Shown here: piece after piece, positions 1 to 7,673 of the stretch
How positions within the stretch are numbered: the first letter of the stretch is position 1
Layout: each line of letters starts with the position of its first letter
UHGV virus genome: UHGV-0177056
Length of the DNA: 14,479 nt
Source: a virus
Reading direction: 5' to 3' (one strand)
Notes under the pieces: model-generated
Database searches by the model: none
Told to the model about the DNA's origin: nothing
What the model saw: the letters and a program-made list of their open reading frames with translations, nothing else
Made by a program: the position numbers and the translations under genes

Positions 1-49
1 TGGTTATTGCTGATTAGCTAACAGCACACGCCCCGCCAAAACGAGGCGC

Positions 50-697
50 TTATGCTGATTTCTTGTTTACAGGCTTAGTTTCTTGCTCCGGTGTGACGGG
101 AACGCGATCACCTGGTGTTCCAGCACAGAAAATGGCTTTGGCGCGGCGCAAAATCTCTTTGTCATTTTCCTCATCGCCAGCTAATGCCATGCAAACAGCG
201 TCTTTAAGCGATTGCCTGATGTTCAGGCTTTGAATGGCCTTTCTTTGCTCCTCAAGTTCGCTATCGGCTTGCTTAGTTTGCCTGGTGGGTTGCTGTAGGC
301 GTTCCAAGATTCCTTTAATGCCCATATCGCATATTGCACTTATCAACTGTTCCTTATCTTCTGTGGACGCTCTTTTCAATAACTCGTTAACTAGCTCGTT
401 TGTAATATCGGGAGAAGGCTGCGCTGTTTGATTTGATAGAGAACTTTCTTTGGCGATGGGTTCCTCACCGTAAGCGAGCCAATTTAAGCTCACTTGTTCT
501 TTATCTGAGATAAGGCAAGCTATTTTAAAAGAAGGCTCTGTTCCTTTATGAATGTAGTTGTTTAAGGTTGAAGGGGGGATTCCCCAATCACTCGCAGCAG
601 TTCTGACACTACGGTTACCTATCAGCTTTACTAAACGCTCTCTGAAACTTTCTTTTCCCCGGTCGACAAAAGAAAAAGCATCATCATTTCTAGTCAT
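50..697 (-). CDS. Phage CI-type HTH repressor (occupies the position of the Mu c repressor but with a CI-like N-terminal HTH)
   Basis: 215-aa ORF reading leftward from the operator region. N-terminal segment (SFRERLVKLIGNRSVRTAASDWGIPPSTLNNYIHKGTEP) looks like a phage CI repressor helix-turn-helix. RBS GAGGAAAG about 6 nt upstream of the ATG on the minus strand. Divergent from ner/A/B as in Mu-like phages. Confidence 0.7.
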   Translation of the reverse strand: MTRNDDAFSFVDRGKESFRERLVKLIGNRSVRTAASDWGIPPSTLNNYIHKGTEPSFKIACLISDKEQVSLNWLAYGEEPIAKESSLSNQTAQPSPDITNELVNELLKRASTEDKEQLISAICDMGIKGILERLQQPTRQTKQADSELEEQRKAIQSLNIRQSLKDAVCMALAGDEENDKEILRRAKAIFCAGTPGDRVPVTPEQETKPVNKKSA

Positions 698-879
698 TTT
701 TTCTTTCCTCTATAACTTATTGATTTTAATTACAAAAACCATATAAAGACCAAAAGCAAAAAGAAAATACAAAGAAAGGGCTATTTTTGCTTTACATGAG
801 CTATATATGGATCAATACTTATATCCGAAGGGATAACACGGCGGTGTTATCCGCACGGATAACTTTTAAGGGTAACCTA
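698..879. promoter_or_regulatory. Divergent early regulatory region between repressor and ner (putative operators and promoters)
   Basis: 182-bp AT-rich intergenic region between divergent genes. Contains an A-tract (aaaagcaaaaagaaaatacaaagaaa), a TTTACA -35-like hexamer at 791-796, an IHF-like site ATCAATACTTAT around 811-822, and clustered GGATAAC half-sites at 822-863. Confidence 0.5.
822..863. promoter_or_regulatory. Cluster of GGATAAC inverted and direct half-sites (candidate repressor/Ner operator)
   Basis: Perfect inverted repeat GGATAACAC-GGCG-GTGTTATCC at 831-852, a further GGATAAC at 857-863, and TATCC-GAAG-GGATA at 822-835, all immediately upstream of the ner start. Confidence 0.5.
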
Positions 880-1116
880 ATGATGGTTAGAAATGAAGTA
901 ATGAACAAAGACTGGCACCGCGAGTACATCGTTGCCGCTGTGCACACCAAAGGTTTTACATTGCGTGAACTTTCTGAACGCGCTGGTCTAAAAAAAGACT
1001 CTTTAAAAAATGCACTGTATCGCTCATGCCCTAAATATGAACGCATCATAGCCGATGCTATTGGTGTGGAACCTGCGGAGATCTGGCCAAGCCGGTATGC
1101 CAGTAAGGCGGCGTAA
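880..1116 (+). CDS. ner: Ner-like DNA-binding regulator
   Basis: Translation from ATG 880 (MMVRNEVMNKDWHREYIVAAVHTKGF...EIWPSRYASKAA) matches the Mu Ner / Nlp pattern (DWHR...GLKK...LSNAL...IIA.A....P..IWPSRY). The track ORF starts at 787, but that start would lie across the operator repeats; 880 has an AAGGG RBS-like sequence about 8 nt upstream. Confidence 0.8.
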   Translation: MMVRNEVMNKDWHREYIVAAVHTKGFTLRELSERAGLKKDSLKNALYRSCPKYERIIADAIGVEPAEIWPSRYASKAA

Positions 1117-3158
1117 TGTTTTATTCAGCCAATGAGCTGGCCGGTCTTCCTGGTTTGCCCGGTACAGTTCAGGGGGTGCGCTGGACGCTCAATCGGATCA
1201 CAGAGACGCACCCGGAATGGAAGCGCAAGCGTGAAGGCACCAAAGCATTCGAGTATCACATCGACTGCCTGCCCGCTGAAGCGCAGAAAGTTTTACGTAA
1301 GCGCCTGACCCATCAGGTCCTGGAAGATACGCAACTGCCCGCCGTGGTTGAGCAGAAGGCAGTTAAAAACGTCGCCGTTCGCGATGAACTGGAGGTGATG
1401 GTCAAATGCCCGGAACTGGCATTACGCGAAGTCCAGGCACTGACTGACAAGCAAAAGGCCATCGCTGATGCGCGGATATTGCTGGCTACTGAAGTGCATA
1501 AACTGCGTGAATACGCCGGAATGACAAGGAAGGCCGCGTTAAAGCACATCGTTGATGGTGTGCGCATGGGGGCGTTACCTGACCGCATTATCGAAGCAGC
1601 TAATACTGCAAATGCACGTCAGGGAAAGCGAACCGGTGTCAGCACAGGCAGCCTGGATAGTTGGTACTCCAGCTGGGTGATGGCGCGCGGTGATGCCAAT
1701 CAGTTACTGGCGTTACTGGCTCCCGGTCATCATAAGGGAACACCGTGGGAGCAGGTCTGGTGGTTGAGCGATTTCTTTATGTTCTATCGCTCATGGAAGC
1801 GCCCGACCGTTGAATATGCGTATCGCGAGTTTTCAGCCTGGTGGCATGAAAAACACGCGAACGATGCGGGAATGCTGGCGGCACTGCCTTCAGTTCACGC
1901 AGTAAGACGGGTGTTAAGCAGCGTCCCGGTGATTGTTAAAGAGCGTTTCCGCTCCACAGGTTCAGCCTGGCGTTCGCTCAATCCCTTTGTGCGGCGCGAG
2001 TGGACATCATTACCGGTTAATGCGGTATGGGTCGGGGATGGTCACTGTATGAAAATGACCGCGTTTAACCCCCTGACCGGCAATATTTTCCGGCCAGAAG
2101 TGACGCTGGTTATGGATGCAGGACAACGCTTTATTGTGGGCTGGTCACTGTCCCTGTCGGAGAACGTGATAGCCGTTGCTGATGCGTTACGTTACGGCAT
2201 GGCACAGCACGGGATACCGCTGATTTATTACTCCGATAACGGGGGCGGCGAAAAAAACCTGGTGCTTGATGCCGATATTACCGGGATTCTGCCCCGTCTG
2301 GGTGTGGAACATCACACGGGGATACCAGGTAACCCGCAGGGGCGCGGGGTGATTGAAAGGGTTAACAAGGAAATACCCAAAGACGTGGCCCTGAGTTTCC
2401 AAACGTACTGCGCAAGGGATGCAGACAAGGAAACCGTAATGATGCAGCAACGGATTATGCAGTCAGCCATTAAGGCCACCCACAAAGGGAAAGAGCTGAC
2501 AAAACGGCAGGTTAAGGCGAGGGATGAAATCCCTACCTTTGAGCAACTGATGGCAGCCATAGAGCTGGAGGTCAGACGCTATAACAACCGGCCACACAGC
2601 AGCCTTCCTCGCAAAGAGGATGGCGAGCATTACAGCCCGGCAGCGTATCGCCGGAAACTGATAAAAGAGCAGAATGTTGAAATTGATTTCCTGTCGCCGG
2701 AAGAACTGCATGAAATGTTCAGGCCGGAAGTGACGCGCAAAACATTTCGCGGGGAAATTCAGTTATTCAACAATATTTATTACTCATATGATCTGGCCGC
2801 AGAGCACGGGAATGAAGTCAGGGTCAGTTACGATATTCATGATGCAAACAGCGTCATTGTCCGGCGGGCTGATGGCTCTTATATCTGCGATGCCATCTGG
2901 AACGGTAACAAGGTTGATGCCTTCGCTAAACCAGTTATCGAACAAAAACTGGAGAAACGCGTCAAGGGCCGCATTGCACGGGCCACGCAGAAAATCGAAG
3001 AGGCTAAACGCGAGCTTACCCCGGCCATTACGCAGAAGCCTGACTTTAATCTGGGATATGGACTGGAACGCCTGGAGAAAAAGGAAAAAGAAGAACTTTA
3101 TTTATTCGCATCTGAACGCGAACGCAATTTAAAGAAAAACGGCACAAACAACCGTTAA
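1116..3158 (+). CDS. Mu-type transposase (MuA-like DDE transposase)
   Basis: 680-aa ORF directly after ner with TAATG stop/start overlap. N-terminus (ELAGLPGLPGT..GVRW) resembles the MuA DNA-binding domain; size and position match MuA. Acidic residues in VWVGDGH, YYSDNGG and GVIERVNKE are consistent with a DDE core. Confidence 0.85.
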   Translation: MFYSANELAGLPGLPGTVQGVRWTLNRITETHPEWKRKREGTKAFEYHIDCLPAEAQKVLRKRLTHQVLEDTQLPAVVEQKAVKNVAVRDELEVMVKCPELALREVQALTDKQKAIADARILLATEVHKLREYAGMTRKAALKHIVDGVRMGALPDRIIEAANTANARQGKRTGVSTGSLDSWYSSWVMARGDANQLLALLAPGHHKGTPWEQVWWLSDFFMFYRSWKRPTVEYAYREFSAWWHEKHANDAGMLAALPSVHAVRRVLSSVPVIVKERFRSTGSAWRSLNPFVRREWTSLPVNAVWVGDGHCMKMTAFNPLTGNIFRPEVTLVMDAGQRFIVGWSLSLSENVIAVADALRYGMAQHGIPLIYYSDNGGGEKNLVLDADITGILPRLGVEHHTGIPGNPQGRGVIERVNKEIPKDVALSFQTYCARDADKETVMMQQRIMQSAIKATHKGKELTKRQVKARDEIPTFEQLMAAIELEVRRYNNRPHSSLPRKEDGEHYSPAAYRRKLIKEQNVEIDFLSPEELHEMFRPEVTRKTFRGEIQLFNNIYYSYDLAAEHGNEVRVSYDIHDANSVIVRRADGSYICDAIWNGNKVDAFAKPVIEQKLEKRVKGRIARATQKIEEAKRELTPAITQKPDFNLGYGLERLEKKEKEELYLFASERERNLKKNGTNNR

Positions 3159-3176
3159 TTTAAAAGGTATTTAATT

Positions 3177-4070
3177 ATGAGTTTAATTACGCAATTAAAT
3201 GACGTAATGGCCCGTCGCGGCTATACGCAAACCCACGTCGCCCGTGCTATTGGTCGTAGCAGCGCCGTTATCAACCAGTATTTACAGGGTAAATATCAGG
3301 GCGATATGGCTGATATTGAAGAACGCATTTCTGCCTTTGTGACCCGTGAGCGGGAAAAGGAAAACAGCCGCCGTATTAAAGCGAAATTTGTTGCCACCGG
3401 TATGGCTGCCAAAGGACTGGAGGTGTTGGCCTATGCTCACCTGGAATGTGAAATCTGCGTACTGTATGGCGCGGCAGGTCTTGGCAAAACAATGATTCTG
3501 CGTGAATACGCCGCCAGAAACCGGGATGCGGTCCTGATTGAAGCCGACCCGGGCTATACAGCCAGAACACTGCTTGAGGAGCTGTGCCGCCAGCTGGGGG
3601 TAAAAGTTCGCGGCAATATCCACGAACTGATTGATGCATGTGTGCGAGAACTGCGTGATTCCGGTCGCCTGCTGATGGTGGACGAGGCTGAACTGCTCCC
3701 CTATCGCGCACTGGAGGTTCTGCGCCGTCTGCATGACAAAGCGGGTATCGGGATTGTCCTGGCGGGTATGCCACGCCTTCTGATTAACCTCAAGGGACGT
3801 CGCGGTGAGTTCGCCCAGTTATACAGCCGTGTGGCGCTGGCGCTTAACCTGGGCGATACGCTGTCGCAGGAAGATTTTAACCAGATAGCTACCGGGCTGA
3901 TGCCGGAAGCAGCAGAACCGGAAATCAGCGAGGCGCTCTACGCACGCTCACTGGGTAATGCCCGCCGCCTGTTCAAACTGGCTCGCGGTGTGTACCGGAT
4001 TTGTGATATCAGCGATGCACCGGTCAGTGTGCAGGCCATTGATAAATTCGCAGAAATGTTAATTCACTGA
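3177..4070 (+). CDS. MuB-like transposition ATPase (AAA+ target-DNA activator)
   Basis: 297-aa ORF after the transposase. N-terminal HTH-like segment, Walker A GAAGLGKT, Walker B LLMVDEAE. Position and length match Mu B. Confidence 0.85.
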   Translation: MSLITQLNDVMARRGYTQTHVARAIGRSSAVINQYLQGKYQGDMADIEERISAFVTREREKENSRRIKAKFVATGMAAKGLEVLAYAHLECEICVLYGAAGLGKTMILREYAARNRDAVLIEADPGYTARTLLEELCRQLGVKVRGNIHELIDACVRELRDSGRLLMVDEAELLPYRALEVLRRLHDKAGIGIVLAGMPRLLINLKGRRGEFAQLYSRVALALNLGDTLSQEDFNQIATGLMPEAAEPEISEALYARSLGNARRLFKLARGVYRICDISDAPVSVQAIDKFAEMLIH

Positions 4071-4309
4071 TGGAGAACAAGATGATGGACAAGCAGACCA
4101 TTAACGCCGTCCGTTCCCGTGCCCGTGTGGCCATCCACACCACCGGCGGTCGCGTAACTGGGCAACATCACCGTTTACCTGTGGTTTATGCCTGCCCGCC
4201 CGTGGGCGGCCCTGTATGGCCGGTAACGGAAATCATCCAGACATTCAGCGGCCTGCGCCGCGTGGTGAAAACGTCCTGTATCGACGGCTGCACCGTCGTA
4301 TGGCAATAA
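4070..4309 (+). CDS. Hypothetical small protein (79 aa), early accessory region
   Basis: Only ORF covering this interval; TGATG stop/start overlap with the MuB-like gene. Gly/Pro/Val-rich translation, no recognisable motif. Confidence 0.35.
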   Translation: MENKMMDKQTINAVRSRARVAIHTTGGRVTGQHHRLPVVYACPPVGGPVWPVTEIIQTFSGLRRVVKTSCIDGCTVVWQ

Positions 4310-4321
4310 GAGGAAATCAGA

Positions 4322-4537
4322 ATGGCGGTTAAGTTAGAAGTAATTATCTATACCGATGAAAAAGGCTGTGTTTTAACCCAGACCACGGGGAGTTATTCGA
4401 AGGACGGAGCTTCCGAAAAGGAGTTTCAGGTGGCAACAAGATTACATGATGCTATCAAGGAAACGCTCAGAAATGACTATAACGGCGTGAATCTTTTTTC
4501 TGAAAATGTTGCGCCTCGCGCACATAACACACATTAA
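4322..4537 (+). CDS. Hypothetical small protein (71 aa)
   Basis: Strong RBS AAGAGGAAA 6 nt upstream of the ATG. Same strand and spacing as neighbouring genes. Confidence 0.55.
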   Translation: MAVKLEVIIYTDEKGCVLTQTTGSYSKDGASEKEFQVATRLHDAIKETLRNDYNGVNLFSENVAPRAHNTH

Positions 4538-4566
4538 TCTGTAAATATCACTGAGGTAATTTAATT

Positions 4567-5211
4567 ATGACGACTGAAAATAAAGTTAAGCAATATACAA
4601 AAAATAAAGTGCAGGAAGGCTACTGGGTTGATGCCCGTGGTGTGATGACGCCTGAAAGTCTTATCAAAGATATTGACCGCGACCGTGAGCAGCTGGTCGG
4701 TGAGCTTGTGGAGATGGTGATTGCTGCCTCTGCCTCACTGCGTGAACTGAAACTGCGTGCGTTTGGTGATATTCAGGCATTTATTGACCTGTCGGCGGAG
4801 AAATACGGCGCTGTGAAAGGCGGTAAAAAAGGGAATATCACACTTTACAGCTTTGACGGGCGTTACAAGATTCAGCGCGCCATGCAGGACCGTATCGCGC
4901 TTGATGAACGCATTCAGACCGCGAAGGCACTGATTGATGACTGTCTGGCTGACTGGACGGAAGGAGCGCGCCCTGAAATTAAAGCCATCATCAGTGAAGC
5001 ATTCAGCACGGACAAGGAAGGCAACATTAACACCGGGCGCGTTCTGGCTCTGCGTCGTCTCGATATTACGGAGGAACGCTGGGATAACGCCATGAAACTG
5101 ATTGGTGAAGCCGTCCAGGTAATTGGCAGCAAAAGCTATATCCGCGTGTATGAGCGCGTCGGTGATTCTGCTGAATACCGCGCAATCCCGCTTGATATTG
5201 CAGGGGTTTAA
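4567..5211 (+). CDS. DUF3164-like protein typical of Mu-like phage accessory regions
   Basis: 214-aa ORF with GAGGT RBS. Size and position in a Mu-like early region fit the DUF3164 family; the family assignment is from memory, not a search. Confidence 0.6.
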   Translation: MTTENKVKQYTKNKVQEGYWVDARGVMTPESLIKDIDRDREQLVGELVEMVIAASASLRELKLRAFGDIQAFIDLSAEKYGAVKGGKKGNITLYSFDGRYKIQRAMQDRIALDERIQTAKALIDDCLADWTEGARPEIKAIISEAFSTDKEGNINTGRVLALRRLDITEERWDNAMKLIGEAVQVIGSKSYIRVYERVGDSAEYRAIPLDIAGV

Positions 5212-5212
5212 C

Positions 5213-5446
5213 ATGCATCAGGATATCAAAGAGTACAGGGCCGGGAACCGTTGCGCAGCGTATTCGCTGGGCGCGTCCAGAGCAGAACAACGCGGCGATT
5301 ATGCCGAAGCTGAAAAACTGTGGCGTAAGGCAGCACAAAGCCCGTGTAGTACCCTGCGCCGCATCTGGGCGGAACACCGGGCAGAGTTCTGTGCCAATGC
5401 TCACCTGAAAAGATGGAAGCCGCCTCATGAACGCGAAACGCTTTAA
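5213..5446 (+). CDS. Small ANR-like regulator (78 aa)
   Basis: ATG at 5213 lies 2 nt after the upstream stop (5209-5211), so it is preferred over the track start at 5123, which would overlap the previous gene by 89 nt. Translation (RAEQRGDYAEAEKLWRKAA...RAEFCA) resembles ANR-family small regulators. Confidence 0.5.
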   Translation: MHQDIKEYRAGNRCAAYSLGASRAEQRGDYAEAEKLWRKAAQSPCSTLRRIWAEHRAEFCANAHLKRWKPPHERETL

Positions 5447-5618
5447 TCAGCTATATCCGCCAGGGACTCGCTTCATGCACATTGCACATCGGGCAGTGCG
5501 TGGTGGTCGGGTGGTAAAAACTGTTGCACCTGCCAGAGATTTTAAATGTGGTTGTGTGGTTGAAATTAATGTCGAGCCTTATTTCGTTAAAGTCGAAACA
5601 CTGAAAGCACCGCATTAA
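5427..5618 (+). CDS. Hypothetical small basic protein (63 aa)
   Basis: Start overlaps the end of the previous gene, same strand; no recognisable domain. Confidence 0.4.
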   Translation: MNAKRFNQLYPPGTRFMHIAHRAVRGGRVVKTVAPARDFKCGCVVEINVEPYFVKVETLKAPH

Positions 5619-5647
5619 TTTAATTTGTTTTTAATTGTTATTTAAAA

Positions 5648-5681
5648 CAGGCGTAAACCCGCAGGGGCTGGCTTACGCCTG
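5648..5681 (-). terminator. Putative intrinsic terminator between convergent genes
   Basis: Perfect 9-bp stem CAGGCGTAA (5648-5656) / TTACGCCTG (5673-5681) with a GC-rich loop. On the minus-strand transcript the hairpin is followed by UUUUAAAU, so it would terminate the 5759-5977 gene; it may also act on plus-strand read-through. Confidence 0.5.
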
Positions 5682-5758
5682 AATCTGAGGAAGTTTATTT
5701 ATGAATATTGCTAAGCAAAAAAAATTCGCCCGCGAAATTAATCTGACAATCGTTTGTT

Positions 5759-5977
5759 TTAATCGTCTTGCGACCAGTTCTCAATCGACAGCAGATGTTC
5801 ATCCAGCGCCGCAGCCAGAACGAACTCCCCACGTTCCTGAAGGCCGTGCTGGAAGTTGCGTAATTCAGAATCCAGGGCGCTGAGGTTCAGACAGCCATTT
5901 TCTGAAAGCTGTTTAACCAGAAAGCTCCACGCAGCTTTGTTAGCAGTAATTGCTGCCGCAATTTCATCATCAATCAT
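5759..5977 (-). CDS. Reverse-oriented small acidic protein (72 aa), function unknown
   Basis: Minus-strand ORF with strong RBS (AGGAG, 6-nt spacer) and the downstream hairpin terminator. About 14 acidic versus about 5 basic residues. Only the repressor shares this orientation in the window. Confidence 0.55.
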   Translation of the reverse strand: MIDDEIAAAITANKAAWSFLVKQLSENGCLNLSALDSELRNFQHGLQERGEFVLAAALDEHLLSIENWSQDD

Positions 5978-6065
5978 TTTTTAACTCCTGATTGGGTATG
6001 TTGGGGCAGCGATTATGACAAGTGTTTTGTGGTTATAAGTTGATCAAAAACAATGAGTTACAACC
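5978..6065. promoter_or_regulatory. Divergent intergenic region (candidate promoters for the 5759-5977 gene and the 6066 operon)
   Basis: 88-bp non-coding gap between divergently oriented ORFs; no consensus promoter hexamers could be assigned by eye. Confidence 0.3.
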
Positions 6066-6776
6066 ATGAAAGATAAATACATTGCCAAAATCAAAAAACT
6101 GTTACGCCTTGCCAGAGGAACATCAAGCCCGGAAGAAGCCGCTAACGCTATTGCAAAAGCCCAGGCTTATATGCGCCAGCATGGTATCAGCGAAAACGAC
6201 GCGGAATTGTTCGACATTCAGGAAGCTGCCAGCGCGGGTGCGCCGAGTGACGCCAGTACGCCGCCGCGTTATATGCACATCCTGTGTGACCTGGTCTGTA
6301 AAGCCTTCGGTGTCGAGTGTTACATCTCCGGCGAATACCGGGCTTCTGGTTCACTCAAACGTTACGTGCGTTTTTATGGTCCTGACAGCCGCCCGGAAAT
6401 CGCGGCTTACGCGTTTGATGTGCTTTCCCGTCAGATGATGGCAGAGCGCAAGAAATATCAGGATAAACACTGCAAACGTTGTGGTCCGTCCACGCGGGTA
6501 GCCCGTGGCGACCAGTTCTGCGAAGGCTGGGTCTTTGGTGCCCGTGATGTCATTGCGGTGTATGACGTCTCCCCGGAAGAAAAAAGCCGCCTTGAGCTTT
6601 ACAGAAAGAACCTGCACAGCACTAAGGGACTGCGCGACGGGGATATGCGCACAGCTAAAGCGTGTCGGGGTGCAGAGTTTGCCGCTACTGCCGGTTTTAT
6701 CGCCGGGAAGAACGCCAGGCTGCATCAGGGGGTTAATGGTCAGAGCAACAGACCGCTGGCACTGGGGAGGGTGTAA
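6066..6776 (+). CDS. DUF2786-like phage protein
   Basis: N-terminus KIKKLLRLARGTSSPEEAANAIAKAQAYMRQHGI matches the DUF2786 signature (KI.KLLALA..T.NE.EA..A..KAQELM..H) common in prophages. 236 aa. Confidence 0.7.
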   Translation: MKDKYIAKIKKLLRLARGTSSPEEAANAIAKAQAYMRQHGISENDAELFDIQEAASAGAPSDASTPPRYMHILCDLVCKAFGVECYISGEYRASGSLKRYVRFYGPDSRPEIAAYAFDVLSRQMMAERKKYQDKHCKRCGPSTRVARGDQFCEGWVFGARDVIAVYDVSPEEKSRLELYRKNLHSTKGLRDGDMRTAKACRGAEFAATAGFIAGKNARLHQGVNGQSNRPLALGRV

Positions 6777-6778
6777 CG

Positions 6779-7006
6779 ATGGCTTTTAAACTTCTTAGTG
6801 TTACCGAAGCAATATACCAGCCGCCCGGAGAACGCCACGAATACAGGATGAATGACGGTAGCGCGGTGGTTGAGTTCCCCGGATATCCGGGGGCTTCCCG
6901 GTGGCGGTTCTATGACAGTGTGGGACGTCGGATTATTAAAAGAACCGTGCACAACAATATGAAGGCTGCCGTAGAACGTCATAAGAGAAGGTTTAACTGC
7001 AAATGA
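6779..7006 (+). CDS. Hypothetical protein (75 aa)
   Basis: GGAGGG RBS 8 nt upstream; start 2 nt after the upstream stop (translational coupling). Confidence 0.55.
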   Translation: MAFKLLSVTEAIYQPPGERHEYRMNDGSAVVEFPGYPGASRWRFYDSVGRRIIKRTVHNNMKAAVERHKRRFNCK

Positions 7007-7233
7007 AAATTGAATTTTATGACCATGGGGTCACCGCAACTATCACTATTTCTTGTTGGTTCTGGGAGTTCCACCGTTACTTCAGAGTTGTAGATGCTGC
7101 GCTGTTTGTTGCACCGGGAGCGTTACATCACAGTGGAATCGGTATTGTTATGAACACTGTCATCAGCGGTAAAACGGTCCCGATGTTGCGGGCGTTTAAA
7201 GTGGCAAAACAGGAGGCTGGCAATGGTCATTGA
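7003..7233 (+). CDS. Hypothetical protein (76 aa)
   Basis: ATGA start/stop overlap with the upstream gene; hydrophobic stretches; weak RBS. Confidence 0.4.
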   Translation: MKIEFYDHGVTATITISCWFWEFHRYFRVVDAALFVAPGALHHSGIGIVMNTVISGKTVPMLRAFKVAKQEAGNGH

Positions 7234-7537
7234 TAAAACGATAACGATAGATGTAGCCATGAATACAGGTCTGGCGCTTATCGGTTATGGCTATATCACT
7301 TTTATGTCATTCAGGTGGTTGATTTCTTCGCTCTTTAAGCAGCGTGAAAAACATCGTTGTAAAGACAAGCGCGCGAAGGCGCTAAATGCGTTTAATGACG
7401 CTTTTGATATTGACCATATGCAACAGGGCGACCCCGCACGCGTAATTACCCGGGGAGATATCGTAATTCTTGTGTACCGGAATGAAAAAAATGAACAGGA
7501 GACAACCAGTGAGTCAGCAAACCAGAATAAGCGATAA
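7223..7537 (+). CDS. Hypothetical single-pass membrane protein (104 aa)
   Basis: Strong AGGAGG RBS 6 nt upstream. Hydrophobic segment GLALIGYGYITFMSFRWLISSLF followed by a basic stretch (KQREKHRCKDKRAK), suggesting N-out/C-in topology. Confidence 0.6.
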   Translation: MVIDKTITIDVAMNTGLALIGYGYITFMSFRWLISSLFKQREKHRCKDKRAKALNAFNDAFDIDHMQQGDPARVITRGDIVILVYRNEKNEQETTSESANQNKR

Positions 7538-7673
7538 GAGTCTGACCAGACTGATTGCCGATGCGGACAAGGTGCTGGAGCGGAACTCCCCCGTTGCCGA
7601 TGAGGAATGGTGGCAGGATTTCCGGGCTGCAATGCTGGAACTTCAGGAACGTCGTCGGGAGGTGTTGAAGTGA
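7509..7673 (+). CDS. Hypothetical small protein (54 aa, GTG start)
   Basis: GTG at 7509 preceded by GGAG with a 7-nt spacer. The track ORF begins at TTG 7470, but the RBS supports 7509. Overlaps the upstream gene by 29 nt. Confidence 0.45.
   Translation: MSQQTRISDKSLTRLIADADKVLERNSPVADEEWWQDFRAAMLELQERRREVLK

Noticed and set aside
1-49. Possible Mu-type left end (attL) at the window start
   Set aside because: Only 49 bp lie outside the repressor gene and no recognisable terminal repeat or host junction is visible. In Mu the end lies several hundred bp beyond the repressor, so it is probably off-window.
787-879. Track start of the ner ORF at 787
   Set aside because: That start would place the operator inverted repeats and promoter elements inside the coding sequence. 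The Ner family alignment and an RBS support the start at 880.
1313-3774. Minus-strand and alternative-frame ORFs inside the transposase and MuB-like genes (1313-1588, 2187-2711, 2788-3132, 3282-3774)
   Set aside because: Nested in well-supported genes; low-complexity translations; no RBS.
5123-5212. Track start at 5123 for the ANR-like ORF
   Set aside because: It would overlap the DUF3164-like gene by 89 nt with Cys/Ser-rich translation. ATG 5213 directly follows the upstream stop.
5701-5883. Plus-strand 60-aa ORF antisense to the acidic minus-strand gene
   Set aside because: Low-complexity, Pro/Ala-rich translation with a poorly spaced RBS, whereas the minus-strand ORF has a strong RBS and a terminator. 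Treated as an antisense artefact.
6082-6789. Alternative-frame ORFs (6082-6438 plus, 6351-6725 minus, 6505-6789 plus) overlapping the DUF2786-like gene
   Set aside because: Arg/Ser/Cys-rich translations with no RBS support, entirely nested in a gene with a recognisable family signature.
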